This document shows, in pieces, positions 1-10,231 of a stretch of DNA of 64,000 bases (position 1 is the stretch's first letter; each line of letters opens with the position of its first letter). The translations under genes and the position numbers were made by a program. The notes under the pieces were generated by a model that was not told where the DNA came from, ran no database searches, and saw only the letters and a list, made by a program, of their open reading frames with translations. The stretch lies in contig JBDRWW010000003.1 of the NCBI GenBank assembly GCA_039802605.1, positions 1 to 64,000 on the forward strand, in the 5' to 3' direction. Source of the stretch: a candidate division WOR-3 bacterium. GTDB taxonomy: Bacteria > Hydrothermota > Hydrothermia > LBFQ01.

Positions 1-12
1 CCCTTTCCGGGT

Positions 13-40
13 ATTATAAGGGTGAAAAACTTGGTGTCAA
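13..40 (-). promoter_or_regulatory. sigma70-type promoter firing leftwards out of the window
   Basis: Minus strand TTGACA (40-35), 16-bp spacer, TATAAT (18-13). Confidence 0.7.
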
Positions 41-42
41 GT

Positions 43-281
43 GTTCGGGAATCTCCGATAGTGTAAAAACCCCCGGGGGTTGCCGAACGGTTTTTGTGTG
101 GCTTTATTATTAAGAAAACGCATTTATAACGCAAAAATAATGATTTGAATAAAACGAAACGGCCTTTTTAAAAAGGGGGGTTGCCGAACATCGTATAAAA
201 GCAGTTATAAAGGCATAAAAATGGTTTAAAACGCAAATAAAATTACACATTTTAAAACGCAAACAACGGCATAATTGAAAC
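43..281 (+). other. CRISPR-leader-like non-coding element without an array
   Basis: Imperfect inverted repeat 43-56/75-88 around TAGTGTAAAAA; exact direct repeat GGGGGTTGCCGAAC at 75-88 and 176-189; AT-rich; ends in ATTGAAAC (274-281). Confidence 0.4.
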
Positions 282-337
282 AATACAAAACCGCTAATTA
301 ATCAACTTGCAAAAACAACAAATTTTTCGCCCCCAAT

Positions 338-1096
338 TTATATTGCTAACAAAGTTTCCCAACTGATAACCGCAAACCTATCGTAAAATCTTGTCCCTTT
401 TGGAAACCTATCAAAGTGTTGGGGGTCGGTTTCAATTACTAAGTATCCTCCTTTTTTTAAAACGCTTTTAGCACCTTCCAATATCCTTTTGGTTATCTCA
501 AAGCCCGTTTTACCACCAATAAGCGCAATTTTCGGTTCAAACAACACCTTCTTATCGTATTTACCCAAAAGGTTTTCCGGTATATAAGGGGGATTTGAAA
601 CTATAATATCAAACCTACCCTTGAAGCACGATAAAAGGTCGCATGCCAATATATGCGCATCAACCCCAAACCTTTTGGCGTTTAACTTAGCAACCTTTAA
701 AGCATCCAACGATTTATCCGTTAAAAAAACCCTTAAATCCGGCCTTAAAATCTTTAATGTTATCCCTATTATTCCACTACCCGTACATAAGTCCAAAACC
801 CAACCATTCTTCGGAGCCAATTCCTTGGCTATATCGATTATCCCTTCCGTATCAGACCTCGGTATTAAAACCCTTTCATCAACATAAAACTCAAAGCCGT
901 AAAAGTTTGCCCTCCTCAATATATACTGATACGGATAACCCTTTGGGTAATCCTGTAAAACATCAAAAACTTCCCTTAGCCTTTTAACATCAAAATCACC
1001 TATTAAAGCCCTTGCCTTTGGTATCCTTAATATTCCGGATAATATTTCAACCCATTCCCATCGGGAATAGCCAAAACATTCGTTTATACCGCGCAT
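338..1096 (-). CDS. prmC: Release factor glutamine methyltransferase
   Basis: VLIPRSDTE, LDLCTGSG SAM motif, SNPPY catalytic motif. Confidence 0.92.
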   Translation of the reverse strand: MRGINECFGYSRWEWVEILSGILRIPKARALIGDFDVKRLREVFDVLQDYPKGYPYQYILRRANFYGFEFYVDERVLIPRSDTEGIIDIAKELAPKNGWVLDLCTGSGIIGITLKILRPDLRVFLTDKSLDALKVAKLNAKRFGVDAHILACDLLSCFKGRFDIIVSNPPYIPENLLGKYDKKVLFEPKIALIGGKTGFEITKRILEGAKSVLKKGGYLVIETDPQHFDRFPKGTRFYDRFAVISWETLLAI

Positions 1097-2031
1097 GAAC
1101 CGAATGTAAATGCATAGATTTCCGTACCTTTTCCAAAGATTTCAAGCGTATAAATCCCCCATTTCTCGGTTTTTATTATGTTATACATCCTGTAATCCTT
1201 TGGCAATAAACCCGTTTTACCCTCCAAAACCCTTATATCCAAACCCCTCATATTTTCCGGAATGGGTTTGCCGTTTATCCTAACCTCAACGAATTCATCC
1301 CCAAACATAACGGCGTTCAATTCGTTCCCCTTAAAGTTTAAAACGAGTTTCCCGTCTATAAAAATTAATCTTTCACTTTCAACGACGAATTCCCCTACTA
1401 ATGAAATAACCCCATCGCCTTGCACAATTGGATGATTGTATGCCGTCCTAATATCCGGGAGTATTTTACCCGCAAACTTCCCCCTGAAATACCCGCAATA
1501 TGTTTCCGGAGTTCTCGGATAACAAACCCTGTTTAAATCGTCTTCCGGCCTTAAGGGTTTTATGGGTTCCGGTAGTTCAAGGGAAGGGTTTAAATCCCTC
1601 AAAAGTCTTTGTATTTCAATTTCGGTTTCCGTATATGCCCCTTCACCTATGTGGTCATAAACTATATAACCATCCTTGTCAATTAGATATTTCCTCGGCC
1701 AATACATGTTTGCATATGCATCCCATATTTTGTATTCGTTATCAACGGCTACCGGCCAACTTATTCCAAACCTTTTTAACTCCCTTTTAACAAAATCCAT
1801 ATCCTTTGACCTTTCAAATTCCGGCGTATGTATTCCAACTATGAGCAAACCCTTGTCCTTATACCTATTCCACCACTCCTTTAAATAGGGAAATGTCCTT
1901 ATACAATTGACGCATGTTAATTCAAAGAAATCCAGCAAAACAACCTTTTTACCTTTTAATTCTTTTAGTTTCACCTCACCGTTTATCCACGCCGTTGTCC
2001 CATTTAATTCGGGTGCCCTAACCTTCACCAT
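1084..2031 (-). CDS. Redoxin / DipZ-like thioredoxin-domain protein
   Basis: TCVNCIRT CxxC, GIHTPEF, YWPRKYLID, GEGAY, TPETYCGY motifs of DipZ-type redoxins. Confidence 0.8.
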   Translation of the reverse strand: MVKVRAPELNGTTAWINGEVKLKELKGKKVVLLDFFELTCVNCIRTFPYLKEWWNRYKDKGLLIVGIHTPEFERSKDMDFVKRELKRFGISWPVAVDNEYKIWDAYANMYWPRKYLIDKDGYIVYDHIGEGAYTETEIEIQRLLRDLNPSLELPEPIKPLRPEDDLNRVCYPRTPETYCGYFRGKFAGKILPDIRTAYNHPIVQGDGVISLVGEFVVESERLIFIDGKLVLNFKGNELNAVMFGDEFVEVRINGKPIPENMRGLDIRVLEGKTGLLPKDYRMYNIIKTEKWGIYTLEIFGKGTEIYAFTFGSCAV

Positions 2032-2054
2032 AAGATATTATATAGCAAAACCTT

Positions 2055-3110
2055 TCATTTTGCAAAGAAGTACCAGAGCAAACCTATGGCCGCGGCGAGT
2101 ATGAGTAATCCCAAAACCGCTAAGGTTATAAACAACTTCCAAGGGAATCCCTTGTCTTCTAATTCAAACTCCTCTTCCTCCGGTAGTTCTATAAATTGTG
2201 TAATCTTTTTAGGTTTTTCCCCCTCGTCTTTCTCCTCCTCAAATTCTTCAACCAGCGGAACGGATATACTCGTTTTCTTTTTAACGGTGTATTCCAATCC
2301 TTCCGCCTCCGGTAAAGATAACAAAGCCTCCGCAAATTCCCTTGCCCTTTGAAATCTCTCGGATGGAAGTTTTGAAAGGGCTTTTTGTAAAACCTTATCC
2401 AAAGCCTCGCTTATACCCGTGGGGGGTACCGGTTCTCTAAGTATTTTATACTGTAATTCATATACATCCTTGGCATCCCCAAATGGGGTTCTTCCCGTTA
2501 TCATCTCGTAAAGGACGACGCCAACCGAGTACAAATCCGACCTCTTATCCGCCCTTCCCCTAAACTGTTCCGGTGCCATATATTCGGGTGTTCCCGCCGC
2601 AACTTTTGTTTTGGTTATCCTCTTAGCCTCTGCCAATATGGCTATTCCGAAATCCAAAAGGAAGGCCTTACCATCCTTATTTATCATTATATTTGCCGGT
2701 TTAATATCCCTATGCACCAAACCCTTTTCATGGGCGTAATCCAAAGCGGATAAAACTTGAAGGGTTATGTTTATGGCATCCCTTAGGGGTAATTTTTTAA
2801 CCGATTGTAAAATCTTTTCAAGGGTTTCCCCATCAATATATTGCATAACCAGGTATAAAAACCCCTCCTCATCCCCAAAATCAAAAATCTTTACTATGTT
2901 TGGATGGTCTAACTTTGAAGCGGTTTCCGCCTCTTGGAAAAACCTTTCAACCAACTCCTTATTCTCCGAGAAGGAAGGTAGTAATACCTTTATGGCTACG
3001 GGTTTTTTTAGATATACATGCTCCCCTTTATAAACCGTGGCCATACCACCCGTTCCTATCTTATCGGTGATTTTGTATTTTCCACCTATGGTTTTACCTA
3101 CAAGGTTCAT
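2055..3110 (-). CDS. Hanks-type Ser/Thr protein kinase with C-terminal TM anchor
   Basis: GTGGMATVY, VAIK, HRDIKPAN, DFG, GTPEYMAPE; acidic linker then terminal hydrophobic helix. Confidence 0.95.
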   Translation of the reverse strand: MNLVGKTIGGKYKITDKIGTGGMATVYKGEHVYLKKPVAIKVLLPSFSENKELVERFFQEAETASKLDHPNIVKIFDFGDEEGFLYLVMQYIDGETLEKILQSVKKLPLRDAINITLQVLSALDYAHEKGLVHRDIKPANIMINKDGKAFLLDFGIAILAEAKRITKTKVAAGTPEYMAPEQFRGRADKRSDLYSVGVVLYEMITGRTPFGDAKDVYELQYKILREPVPPTGISEALDKVLQKALSKLPSERFQRAREFAEALLSLPEAEGLEYTVKKKTSISVPLVEEFEEEKDEGEKPKKITQFIELPEEEEFELEDKGFPWKLFITLAVLGLLILAAAIGLLWYFFAK

Positions 3111-3889
3111 ATCAACCTCCTTAAAGTTAAAGTTTGAAACCTTGCAAGGAGCGTGGAATAAAGTGGGGCATCAATTATTTCAACGGCAACCGCCGTAAGG
3201 TTATCTTCACCTCCCCTTTCGTTTGCCCCATCCCTCAACTTTTCCAAAAGGGGCTTTGGTTCGTATTTACTAATAAATTCAAGAAGCTCCTTATATGTAA
3301 AGTATGAATAAAGCCCGTCGGATGCCAAAAGGAATTTATCACCCTTTGCTATATACCCCTCGTACATATGCGGCTTAACTATTGGCCTTGAACCGAGTGC
3401 CCTAACCAATACATTCCTGCTTGGATGGTTTAAAGCCTCGTCTGGTTTTAAAGCCCCTTGCCTAACCAAAAGTTGGGCCTTCGTATCGTCATCCGTTAAT
3501 AGGTAAAGGTGTCCCCATCTAAGGAGGTATGCCCTCGTATCACCCACATGGGCTATATACCACTTGGAATCCTTTAAGAACAGGGCGGTTAATGTCGTCA
3601 TAGCACCTTTTAAATCCAAAGATGAAGATGTTCTCTGAAATACGGCCATAGATGTGTTTATAAAGGCTTTTCTTAAAGCCTCTTTTGGGTTCTTCTCAAT
3701 TGTTAATAGATTTTGGAGTTCGGTATCCAAAACTTCAAGGGCATAGTTTGATGCAAAATCTCCGGCCTTTCTACCACCCAAACCATCGGCAATGGCAAAC
3801 AACCCCGTAAATGGATTTATTACATACGCGTCTTCGTTTCTGGTTCTTACCTTACCTAAATCCGTAATTCCATAAAACCGCCCGCGCAC
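3107..3889 (-). CDS. PP2C-family (Stp1/PrpC-like) Ser/Thr phosphatase
   Basis: NEDA, IADGLGG, HVGDTRAY, SDGL, EDNLT motifs; overlaps kinase start. Confidence 0.93.
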   Translation of the reverse strand: MRGRFYGITDLGKVRTRNEDAYVINPFTGLFAIADGLGGRKAGDFASNYALEVLDTELQNLLTIEKNPKEALRKAFINTSMAVFQRTSSSLDLKGAMTTLTALFLKDSKWYIAHVGDTRAYLLRWGHLYLLTDDDTKAQLLVRQGALKPDEALNHPSRNVLVRALGSRPIVKPHMYEGYIAKGDKFLLASDGLYSYFTYKELLEFISKYEPKPLLEKLRDGANERGGEDNLTAVAVEIIDAPLYSTLLARFQTLTLRRLI

Positions 3890-3892
3890 TTT

Positions 3893-4282
3893 TTATGCCG
3901 CTTGCCACTCCTTAATGGCTTTTTCAAACAGGCTTTCGTATCTCTTTAAGAACGCGAATACCAATCCGAGAACGGCCTTTTCGCGTTTAAGAACTATATG
4001 CATATAAAACGGGGTATCCCCTATTGCCTTGGATATGAATATATACTTTGGTGTAAATGCAAAGATTTCCACCTTCTCGTCCTTTTCCCCTATGGTTTCC
4101 ATAGCCCTCTTTTGCGCCCTTAGGAGTTCTACGCTATAAGCCGCCGTTATGGATATTTCAAAGTTTGGATCCGACTTCTGTTCCGCTATGGTTAAACCCT
4201 CCTCTTTATCCACCAAAGCCCCGGCCAAAAAACCGGGTATTTCCGATGCCATCTGCGTCAATATTTCCATCAGTCTTTCCAT
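3893..4282 (-). CDS. Roadblock/LC7-like small protein
   Basis: 129 aa; IPGFLAGALVD..GL.IA and LGLV..L pattern typical of roadblock-like proteins. Confidence 0.6.
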   Translation of the reverse strand: MERLMEILTQMASEIPGFLAGALVDKEEGLTIAEQKSDPNFEISITAAYSVELLRAQKRAMETIGEKDEKVEIFAFTPKYIFISKAIGDTPFYMHIVLKREKAVLGLVFAFLKRYESLFEKAIKEWQAA

Positions 4283-4284
4283 AT

Positions 4285-4986
4285 CTATACCTCCTTTTTT
4301 TCCACCAAGTTTAAAACCCCGTCTTCAAGCCTATAAATCGTTGTAAAAAACGGTAAAAGCCTCTCATCATGCGTTGCTATTATAAAAGTCTTACCCGTAT
4401 ATGACAAATTGCTCATGATGCTTATAAGGTTTATGGCGTTCCCTTTGTCAAGTTCGGCGGTAGGTTCATCGCAAACGAATATTTCGGCGTCCATGGCCAA
4501 GGCCCTCGCAACCGCCACCCTTTGCCTTTCACCTCCGGATAGCAACTGTATATTTTTGTGCATTTTGGATTTATCTATTTCCAAGACCTCTAAAACTTCT
4601 TCCGCCCTCCTTTTAGCCCTTTTGGGCGAATAGCCCTTTAAAAGAAGGGAAAAATAAACATTTTCAAAGGCGGTCATCTCGGGCATTAGATTATGCGATT
4701 GGAATATTATACCGATATACCTCCTCCTAAAAAGGGCCAACTCGTTATCCGTAAAATTTTTGGGATTTATCTCGTTTTCAAATATTTCAACAAACCCTTC
4801 ATCGGCAAAATCCAATGTTGATATTATGTTTAAAAGGGTGGATTTTCCGGAACCGGAAGGTCCAAATATCCCTACAACTTCACCGGGTACAACCCTAAGG
4901 TTTACGCCTTTTAAAACTTCAACCGTATTTTCTCCCACTTTGTACGATTTTTTTACATCCTTCAACTTTATAATCGGTAATAACAA
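4285..4986 (-). CDS. ABC transporter ATP-binding protein (LolD/MacB-like)
   Basis: GPSGSGKST, LSGGERQRVAVARAL, DEPT, ATHD. Confidence 0.92.
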   Translation of the reverse strand: MLLPIIKLKDVKKSYKVGENTVEVLKGVNLRVVPGEVVGIFGPSGSGKSTLLNIISTLDFADEGFVEIFENEINPKNFTDNELALFRRRYIGIIFQSHNLMPEMTAFENVYFSLLLKGYSPKRAKRRAEEVLEVLEIDKSKMHKNIQLLSGGERQRVAVARALAMDAEIFVCDEPTAELDKGNAINLISIMSNLSYTGKTFIIATHDERLLPFFTTIYRLEDGVLNLVEKKEV

Positions 4987-5010
4987 CCGCCCATTATATA
5001 GCGGTTTTGT

Positions 5011-5502
5011 TCATTCAAGTTTTTCCCCTTCTCCCCTAACCGGTGATTTGAATTTTATATACGAGATTTCCGCATCGGTTTCCATACCCTTTGCAAAGAG
5101 TACCCTATCCCTTTGCTTAATCTTTACCGAATCATCCGTCCATATAATTTTTCCTTTGGCATCCCAATGTAAGGATGTTGTCCAAAGTTCCGTGCTATCC
5201 GACGATACTAGATGAACCCTCCCATAAGCCACCATATCCCCCGTTGCTTGATTATACTTTCCGCTATCGGCCGTTAAAACGGATGAGGGTTTATTACCCG
5301 AAAAGAATGTTATCCTTACCCCAAAACCCACAAGGGAATCACCCCTTTCAACGACCTTTTGAGACCTCATAACCCACATTTTTGTACCCTCCTTAGTTGA
5401 TATTACTTCAATGCTATCGGCACCAGGTTGGATATTCCCCGATTTAATTTCTTCCTTACCCCCACACGATAAAGATAAAAGCAAAATGAGGATCTTTCGC
5501 AT
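5011..5502 (-). CDS. lptC: LPS export protein LptC (lipoprotein type)
   Basis: Lipobox-like LSLSC; LTADSG.Y...GDMVAYGRV, L.TTSLHWD, IWTDDSV, GMETD pattern. Confidence 0.8.
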   Translation of the reverse strand: MRKILILLLSLSCGGKEEIKSGNIQPGADSIEVISTKEGTKMWVMRSQKVVERGDSLVGFGVRITFFSGNKPSSVLTADSGKYNQATGDMVAYGRVHLVSSDSTELWTTSLHWDAKGKIIWTDDSVKIKQRDRVLFAKGMETDAEISYIKFKSPVRGEGEKLE

Positions 5503-5585
5503 TCTAAAAATTTTAAGGTTGTTGATATTTGTTTCACAGGTTTCACAACGCCTCGTGGATTCTTACATCCGTAGAATATCCGCCT

Positions 5586-6587
5586 ATGGGTATGAAGAGT
5601 TATTATCCCTATCTCTTAATGCTGCTTCCCACCCTTGCCATGGGTGGGGAATTGAAGTTTAGCGGGTTGGTGTTCGGGGACTACTACCACTTCACATCCG
5701 CGGAAGACAGCACGATAGAAAACCAGAATGGCTTCTGGATAAGGCGGATATACCTGACATTTGACAGCGATATATCCGAAGAATTCTCAGCTAGGGTGAG
5801 GTTTGAGATAAACACACCTTATGGATTTAACAAACCGGACTATTTAGTTCCATACATAAAGGACGCGTACTTAAAGTACAAAGTAGGCGCACAATCTTTA
5901 ATGTTTGGGATAATACCATCTCCGACATTTGAACTAATGGAAGAGGAATGGGGAAAGAGGTATTTAGAGAAAACACCCGATGACCTTTACAGGATAGGTC
6001 CATCAAGGGAATTTGGAATAGGGGCAAAGGGTAGATATAAGATATTCAAGTATTATGCCGTAGTGGGGAATGGGGAAGGTGAAAGGTCCGAGTATAACAG
6101 GAACAAGAAGGGGATGCTGAGTTTAGCGGTGGAGGGGATAAAAGGATTAACCTTTGAGGTATATGGCGACTGGTGGGACATACCCGGGGAAAAGGACAAG
6201 AGAACCGGGCATGTATTTTTAGCATACAAGAATGATAATATGGGTTTTGGTGTATCATACACGCGACAGCAAACACAGGGTGGGTATTCAAATCCCGAAA
6301 AATGGAGCAATTTGAGGATAGCGGGCATCTATTTCAGGGCAAAGTTTATGGAAAAATTTGGGCTTGTATTGAGGTATGACAGGAGTTTTGACAAGAACAG
6401 AAATGTATTAAACCAGAGTTATATTTATTTCCCTTCCGATACGAGCTTTCATTTCATTCTCGCCTCTTTTGAATTTTCACCGGTTAAGAATGTCTTCCTA
6501 TCACCAAATGTTGAGATTGTAAAGAGCGACGATTCTAACCTCAAAAGCACGGTTATTTCAAGATTTACGGTTTTTTATAAGTTTTAA
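5586..6587 (+). CDS. Outer-membrane porin, probably phosphate-selective (OprO/P-like)
   Basis: Signal peptide, F.IRRIYL, IKDAYL, terminal Phe; directly upstream of pstS; start moved to ATG 5586 (TAGAAT 8 nt upstream). Confidence 0.7.
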   Translation: MGMKSYYPYLLMLLPTLAMGGELKFSGLVFGDYYHFTSAEDSTIENQNGFWIRRIYLTFDSDISEEFSARVRFEINTPYGFNKPDYLVPYIKDAYLKYKVGAQSLMFGIIPSPTFELMEEEWGKRYLEKTPDDLYRIGPSREFGIGAKGRYKIFKYYAVVGNGEGERSEYNRNKKGMLSLAVEGIKGLTFEVYGDWWDIPGEKDKRTGHVFLAYKNDNMGFGVSYTRQQTQGGYSNPEKWSNLRIAGIYFRAKFMEKFGLVLRYDRSFDKNRNVLNQSYIYFPSDTSFHFILASFEFSPVKNVFLSPNVEIVKSDDSNLKSTVISRFTVFYKF

Positions 6588-6596
6588 GGAAAAACC

Positions 6597-7574
6597 ATGA
6601 AAAGGTTTATTTTATTGCTTTTCTTAGTATTAGGCTGTTCCCCCGGAGGTAGGGGGAGCAAAATAGTAAATGCGGATGGTTCATCTACCGTATATCCCGT
6701 AACGGAGGCCGTGGCCGACAAGTTTCAAAAGGATAATCCGGACATAAAGGTTACCGTGGGAATATCGGGGACTGGTGGAGGGTTTAAGAAGTTCTGCCGG
6801 GGAGAAACAGACATAAGCAATGCATCAAGGCCTATAAAGGAGTCGGAAATAGAGAACTGTAAGAAAAATGGCATAGAGTTCATAGAGTTACCAATAGGTT
6901 ATGATGCCTTAACGGTTGTGGTTAATCCGCAAAACGACTGGGTGGATTACTTTACCGTCGAGGAATTGAAAAGGATATGGGAACCGGAGGCCCAAGGAAA
7001 AATAACGAAATGGAATCAGATAAGGAACAACTGGCCCGATGCCCCCTTAAACCTTTTTGGTCCGGGCGTTGATTCCGGAACATTTGACTATTTCACCGAA
7101 GCAATAGTTGGCAAAGAAGATGCAAGTAGGGGTGATTACACATCTTCCGAGGATGATAATGTTCTGGTTGTGGGAGTGGCAAACGATAAGTACGCTTTGG
7201 GTTATTTCGGCTTTGCGTATTATATCCAAAACAAGGATAAAGTAAAAGCGGTTCCAATAGACAACGGAAGCGGCCCGGTTGAACCCACTTATGAAAATGT
7301 CATAAACGGTACATATCAACCCCTTTCAAGACCCTTATTCATATATGTGAATAAAAAGTCTTACACCGAAAAGCCCCATGTTAAGAAATTCGTAGATTAT
7401 TACATTACGAATGTTAAAGATTTAATTGACGATGTTGGATATATTCCCCTACCCGATGAGGCTTACGAATTGGCCAAAAAGAGGTTGGAAAATGGGATAA
7501 CGGGTTCGGTCTTTAAGGGTAAAGGTTCAACACCCGGTGTCAAAATAACCGATCTCTTAAAAATGGAACAATAA
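6597..7574 (+). CDS. pstS: Phosphate ABC transporter substrate-binding lipoprotein
   Basis: [46 protein letters not shown]. Confidence 0.93.
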   Translation: MKRFILLLFLVLGCSPGGRGSKIVNADGSSTVYPVTEAVADKFQKDNPDIKVTVGISGTGGGFKKFCRGETDISNASRPIKESEIENCKKNGIEFIELPIGYDALTVVVNPQNDWVDYFTVEELKRIWEPEAQGKITKWNQIRNNWPDAPLNLFGPGVDSGTFDYFTEAIVGKEDASRGDYTSSEDDNVLVVGVANDKYALGYFGFAYYIQNKDKVKAVPIDNGSGPVEPTYENVINGTYQPLSRPLFIYVNKKSYTEKPHVKKFVDYYITNVKDLIDDVGYIPLPDEAYELAKKRLENGITGSVFKGKGSTPGVKITDLLKMEQ

Positions 7575-7581
7575 GGATAAG

Positions 7582-7606
7582 GGGGGGCTTTTGCCCCCCT
7601 TTTTTT
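7582..7606 (+). terminator. Rho-independent terminator between convergent genes
   Basis: GGGGGGC-TTTT-GCCCCCC followed by T7. Confidence 0.85.
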
Positions 7607-8082
7607 CATATACCCATTTCCTCGCGCTGTTTTCTCATCATCTCAAACTGCTTTTCCATCTGCTGCATAAGGTCTGAGAATTGCTTCCCAGATGTATCAA
7701 TGCTCTTACCCAAGGCTTTCAGGAGTAAGAATATAAACCCGAGCGCCCTTTGTACATCCGGGTCTCCGAGTTCCTTCAAAAGGCCCGATAACCCCACCCT
7801 TGGTGGGTTTTTGAAGGTTTCGGGTGTTAAGCTGTCGTTCAAGGCCTTTACAAAGTTGTTCCCCATAACCGATACGATTGTTGGATCCATAAGCTCAAAG
7901 AAGTGTAGGATATATGCAATGTTTGCCCATATTTTTAGTATTCTGGGATCTGTAAGGTAGGATAAGGCTTCCGAAGAGATCTCGCTTAAATTCTCCAAAA
8001 AATCAATCGTTCCGTTCTCGTGCATCTTAACCGCCAAATCCATCATCCTTTCCAAAGCTTCTACCCTTTTTGCCTCCATCAT
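7606..8082 (-). CDS. DUF1641 domain protein
   Basis: C-terminal VGLSGLLKELGDPDVQRALGF signature; typical neighbour of sqr. Confidence 0.8.
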   Translation of the reverse strand: MMEAKRVEALERMMDLAVKMHENGTIDFLENLSEISSEALSYLTDPRILKIWANIAYILHFFELMDPTIVSVMGNNFVKALNDSLTPETFKNPPRVGLSGLLKELGDPDVQRALGFIFLLLKALGKSIDTSGKQFSDLMQQMEKQFEMMRKQREEMGI

Positions 8083-8094
8083 TTCCCACCTCCT

Positions 8095-9258
8095 TTATTT
8101 TGGTAAATAACTTGCAAACCACATAGCCTCAAAGCCCAATTTCAAAAGCCTAACCTCTTTACCGCGCCCGAGGATTCCACAGCTCGGTGGTCCCGAAAGG
8201 TCTATATATGTTTTTGAAAACTCGCACATGGGTAAAACCGCATCATCCCCAAAATCCATAATGCACATGGCTACCGGCGAAAAACTCTCACCAACATATG
8301 CACCCTTAATTTCCGATACTATTTCGGTTGATACATATTCCGCCTGAAAGTGCGCCACAACACCGGCAGGGGGTAGGTTTATGGCGGGATTTACCACATC
8401 CCCTATTATGAATACATTGTTAAACTTCTTGGAACGGAAGGTTAGGGGATCTACGGGTGGGAAACCCTTTGGTCCCGCCAATTCACTTTTTACAACCACA
8501 CCACTGGGTTTGTGGGGTGGTGTCATTATCAATAAATCGTAGGGTAATTCCCTTCCATCTTTGGATATAACCTTTTTAGAACTCGCGTCTATTTTCGCGG
8601 GATCAAAATTTCCGACAAACTTTATACCTTTATTGGTAAGTATTTCCGATATAATGGAACTTATAGCAGGGCCCATATTTGATAGAGGTCCTGGTGTAAT
8701 ATGAAAAACGGTTATTTCGGTTTTATCCCTTAAAGCCTTGGTTTTTAATAGGAAGTCTAATTGTCCGGCGACTTCAAAGGGTGCCGGTGGGCATCTGTAG
8801 TACATACCCGATATACCTATTACAACATTTCCGCCTTTGAAGTTTTTTATCGCTTCACGCAACTTTAAGGAACCTTCCATGGTCCAAGGGTGATAGGCCT
8901 CGGTTTTGAAGTTTGGTAATGCATCTTCATCTATTTCTGCCCCAAGGGAAACTATCAAATAATCGTATTCTATATCCCCGGCGTTTTTTAAGGAAACCTT
9001 GTTTTGGGATGGTAATATTTCCACGACCTCGTCGTTTATGAACTTAACACCCCTCCTTTCCAATAGATTCAAAGGTCTTCTTATTTCATCGGGTTCTTTA
9101 AAGCCTAACGCCACCCACGGATAACTCGGCATAAACTCGTGATACGGGTTTTTATCCACGACGATTACCTCTGCCTTATCTTTTAACACTTTGGCCAATT
9201 TATTGGCGGATACCAGTCCTCCGCTTCCTCCTCCTAAAATCAGTATTTTTGCTTTCAT
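8095..9258 (-). CDS. sqr: Sulfide:quinone oxidoreductase-like FAD-dependent oxidoreductase
   Basis: GGGSGG FAD motif, YDYLIVSLG, RCPPAPFE, IGDV, PPAGVVAH, C-terminal Cys (AMCIMDFG). Confidence 0.75.
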   Translation of the reverse strand: MKAKILILGGGSGGLVSANKLAKVLKDKAEVIVVDKNPYHEFMPSYPWVALGFKEPDEIRRPLNLLERRGVKFINDEVVEILPSQNKVSLKNAGDIEYDYLIVSLGAEIDEDALPNFKTEAYHPWTMEGSLKLREAIKNFKGGNVVIGISGMYYRCPPAPFEVAGQLDFLLKTKALRDKTEITVFHITPGPLSNMGPAISSIISEILTNKGIKFVGNFDPAKIDASSKKVISKDGRELPYDLLIMTPPHKPSGVVVKSELAGPKGFPPVDPLTFRSKKFNNVFIIGDVVNPAINLPPAGVVAHFQAEYVSTEIVSEIKGAYVGESFSPVAMCIMDFGDDAVLPMCEFSKTYIDLSGPPSCGILGRGKEVRLLKLGFEAMWFASYLPK

Positions 9259-9373
9259 GATACAAATATTCTATATATGAGAAAATTACAAAACTATAAA
9301 AAAGTTGCAAATCGTTTGCAAATATATCTTACCCCCTTGCGGGTGTAAAATTGCCACCTTAAAATATTTAACT

Positions 9374-10231
9374 ATGAAAAAGTTTTTATTTTTGATACCT
9401 TTAACCTTCTGGGGCTGTTTCTTCGGGACATTTCAGACCGCCCAGCCCATAAACCAGGGCGAGATAGACTTCGGATTATACTTTAACTTCCCCGCTTACC
9501 TAACCCAAGAATCAAAAAATGCCGCTATATACAACAACTATGCGATCTTACCGTACGGGGGTATTTTTGCGGGTGTTGGGGCAACGAAAAACTTGGGTGT
9601 GGGTTTGGGCGCTTCATTTTTGGGAATAGGACCTTATGCAAAATGGACGGTTTATAAGTTCCCAAGATACGAATCCTACATATCCCTTGTCCCAAAACTT
9701 TATGTTGATGTCTTTTCAACGAGCATGCTTACCCCGCAGCTGGATATGATATTCGGTGCCAAGGCCAACAGGGTTATATCTTGGTATATAGGGTATCAGG
9801 TAATGTACTCGGCAAGCGAATATATCTACAACCCATTGCTATCAACGGACACATTTAAAATACCCGGGGCAATAAGGAGGATACCGAATTTACACCAATA
9901 TATAAGTTTTGGTATAGACCTAACCGGTAAGTTTAGGGGTCAAAAGAGCGATATACCTTATGGTTTAAGGATAGAATTCGGGGGTTCATACTTTTACGCG
10001 GATGGGACATACTATCCCTTTATCAACTTGGGGATAGCCCTAACAGGAGGGTCTGCATTGGGGGTTTTGACATTGGCGGCCAAGGAACCCACATGTTGCT
10101 TCTATGCAACCGCTATGGGGTACTCTTGGCTTTTAAACGCTTATAGGACGCCTACGGAGGATGAAAAAAAGAAACCAAAAAAGGAGACCGGAACAAAACA
10201 AAAGGATACGGAAAACGGTAGTTCAAGGTGA
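9374..10231 (+). CDS. Hypothetical lipoprotein / beta-barrel-like protein
   Basis: MKKFLFLIPLTFWGC lipobox, FQTAQP motif, amphipathic strands; start set by TAAAAT 8 nt upstream. Confidence 0.6.
   Translation: MKKFLFLIPLTFWGCFFGTFQTAQPINQGEIDFGLYFNFPAYLTQESKNAAIYNNYAILPYGGIFAGVGATKNLGVGLGASFLGIGPYAKWTVYKFPRYESYISLVPKLYVDVFSTSMLTPQLDMIFGAKANRVISWYIGYQVMYSASEYIYNPLLSTDTFKIPGAIRRIPNLHQYISFGIDLTGKFRGQKSDIPYGLRIEFGGSYFYADGTYYPFINLGIALTGGSALGVLTLAAKEPTCCFYATAMGYSWLLNAYRTPTEDEKKKPKKETGTKQKDTENGSSR

Noticed and set aside
5531..5567. Pho box upstream of porin-pstS
   Set aside because: GTTTCACA repeats are spaced 9 bp, not the 11-bp period expected
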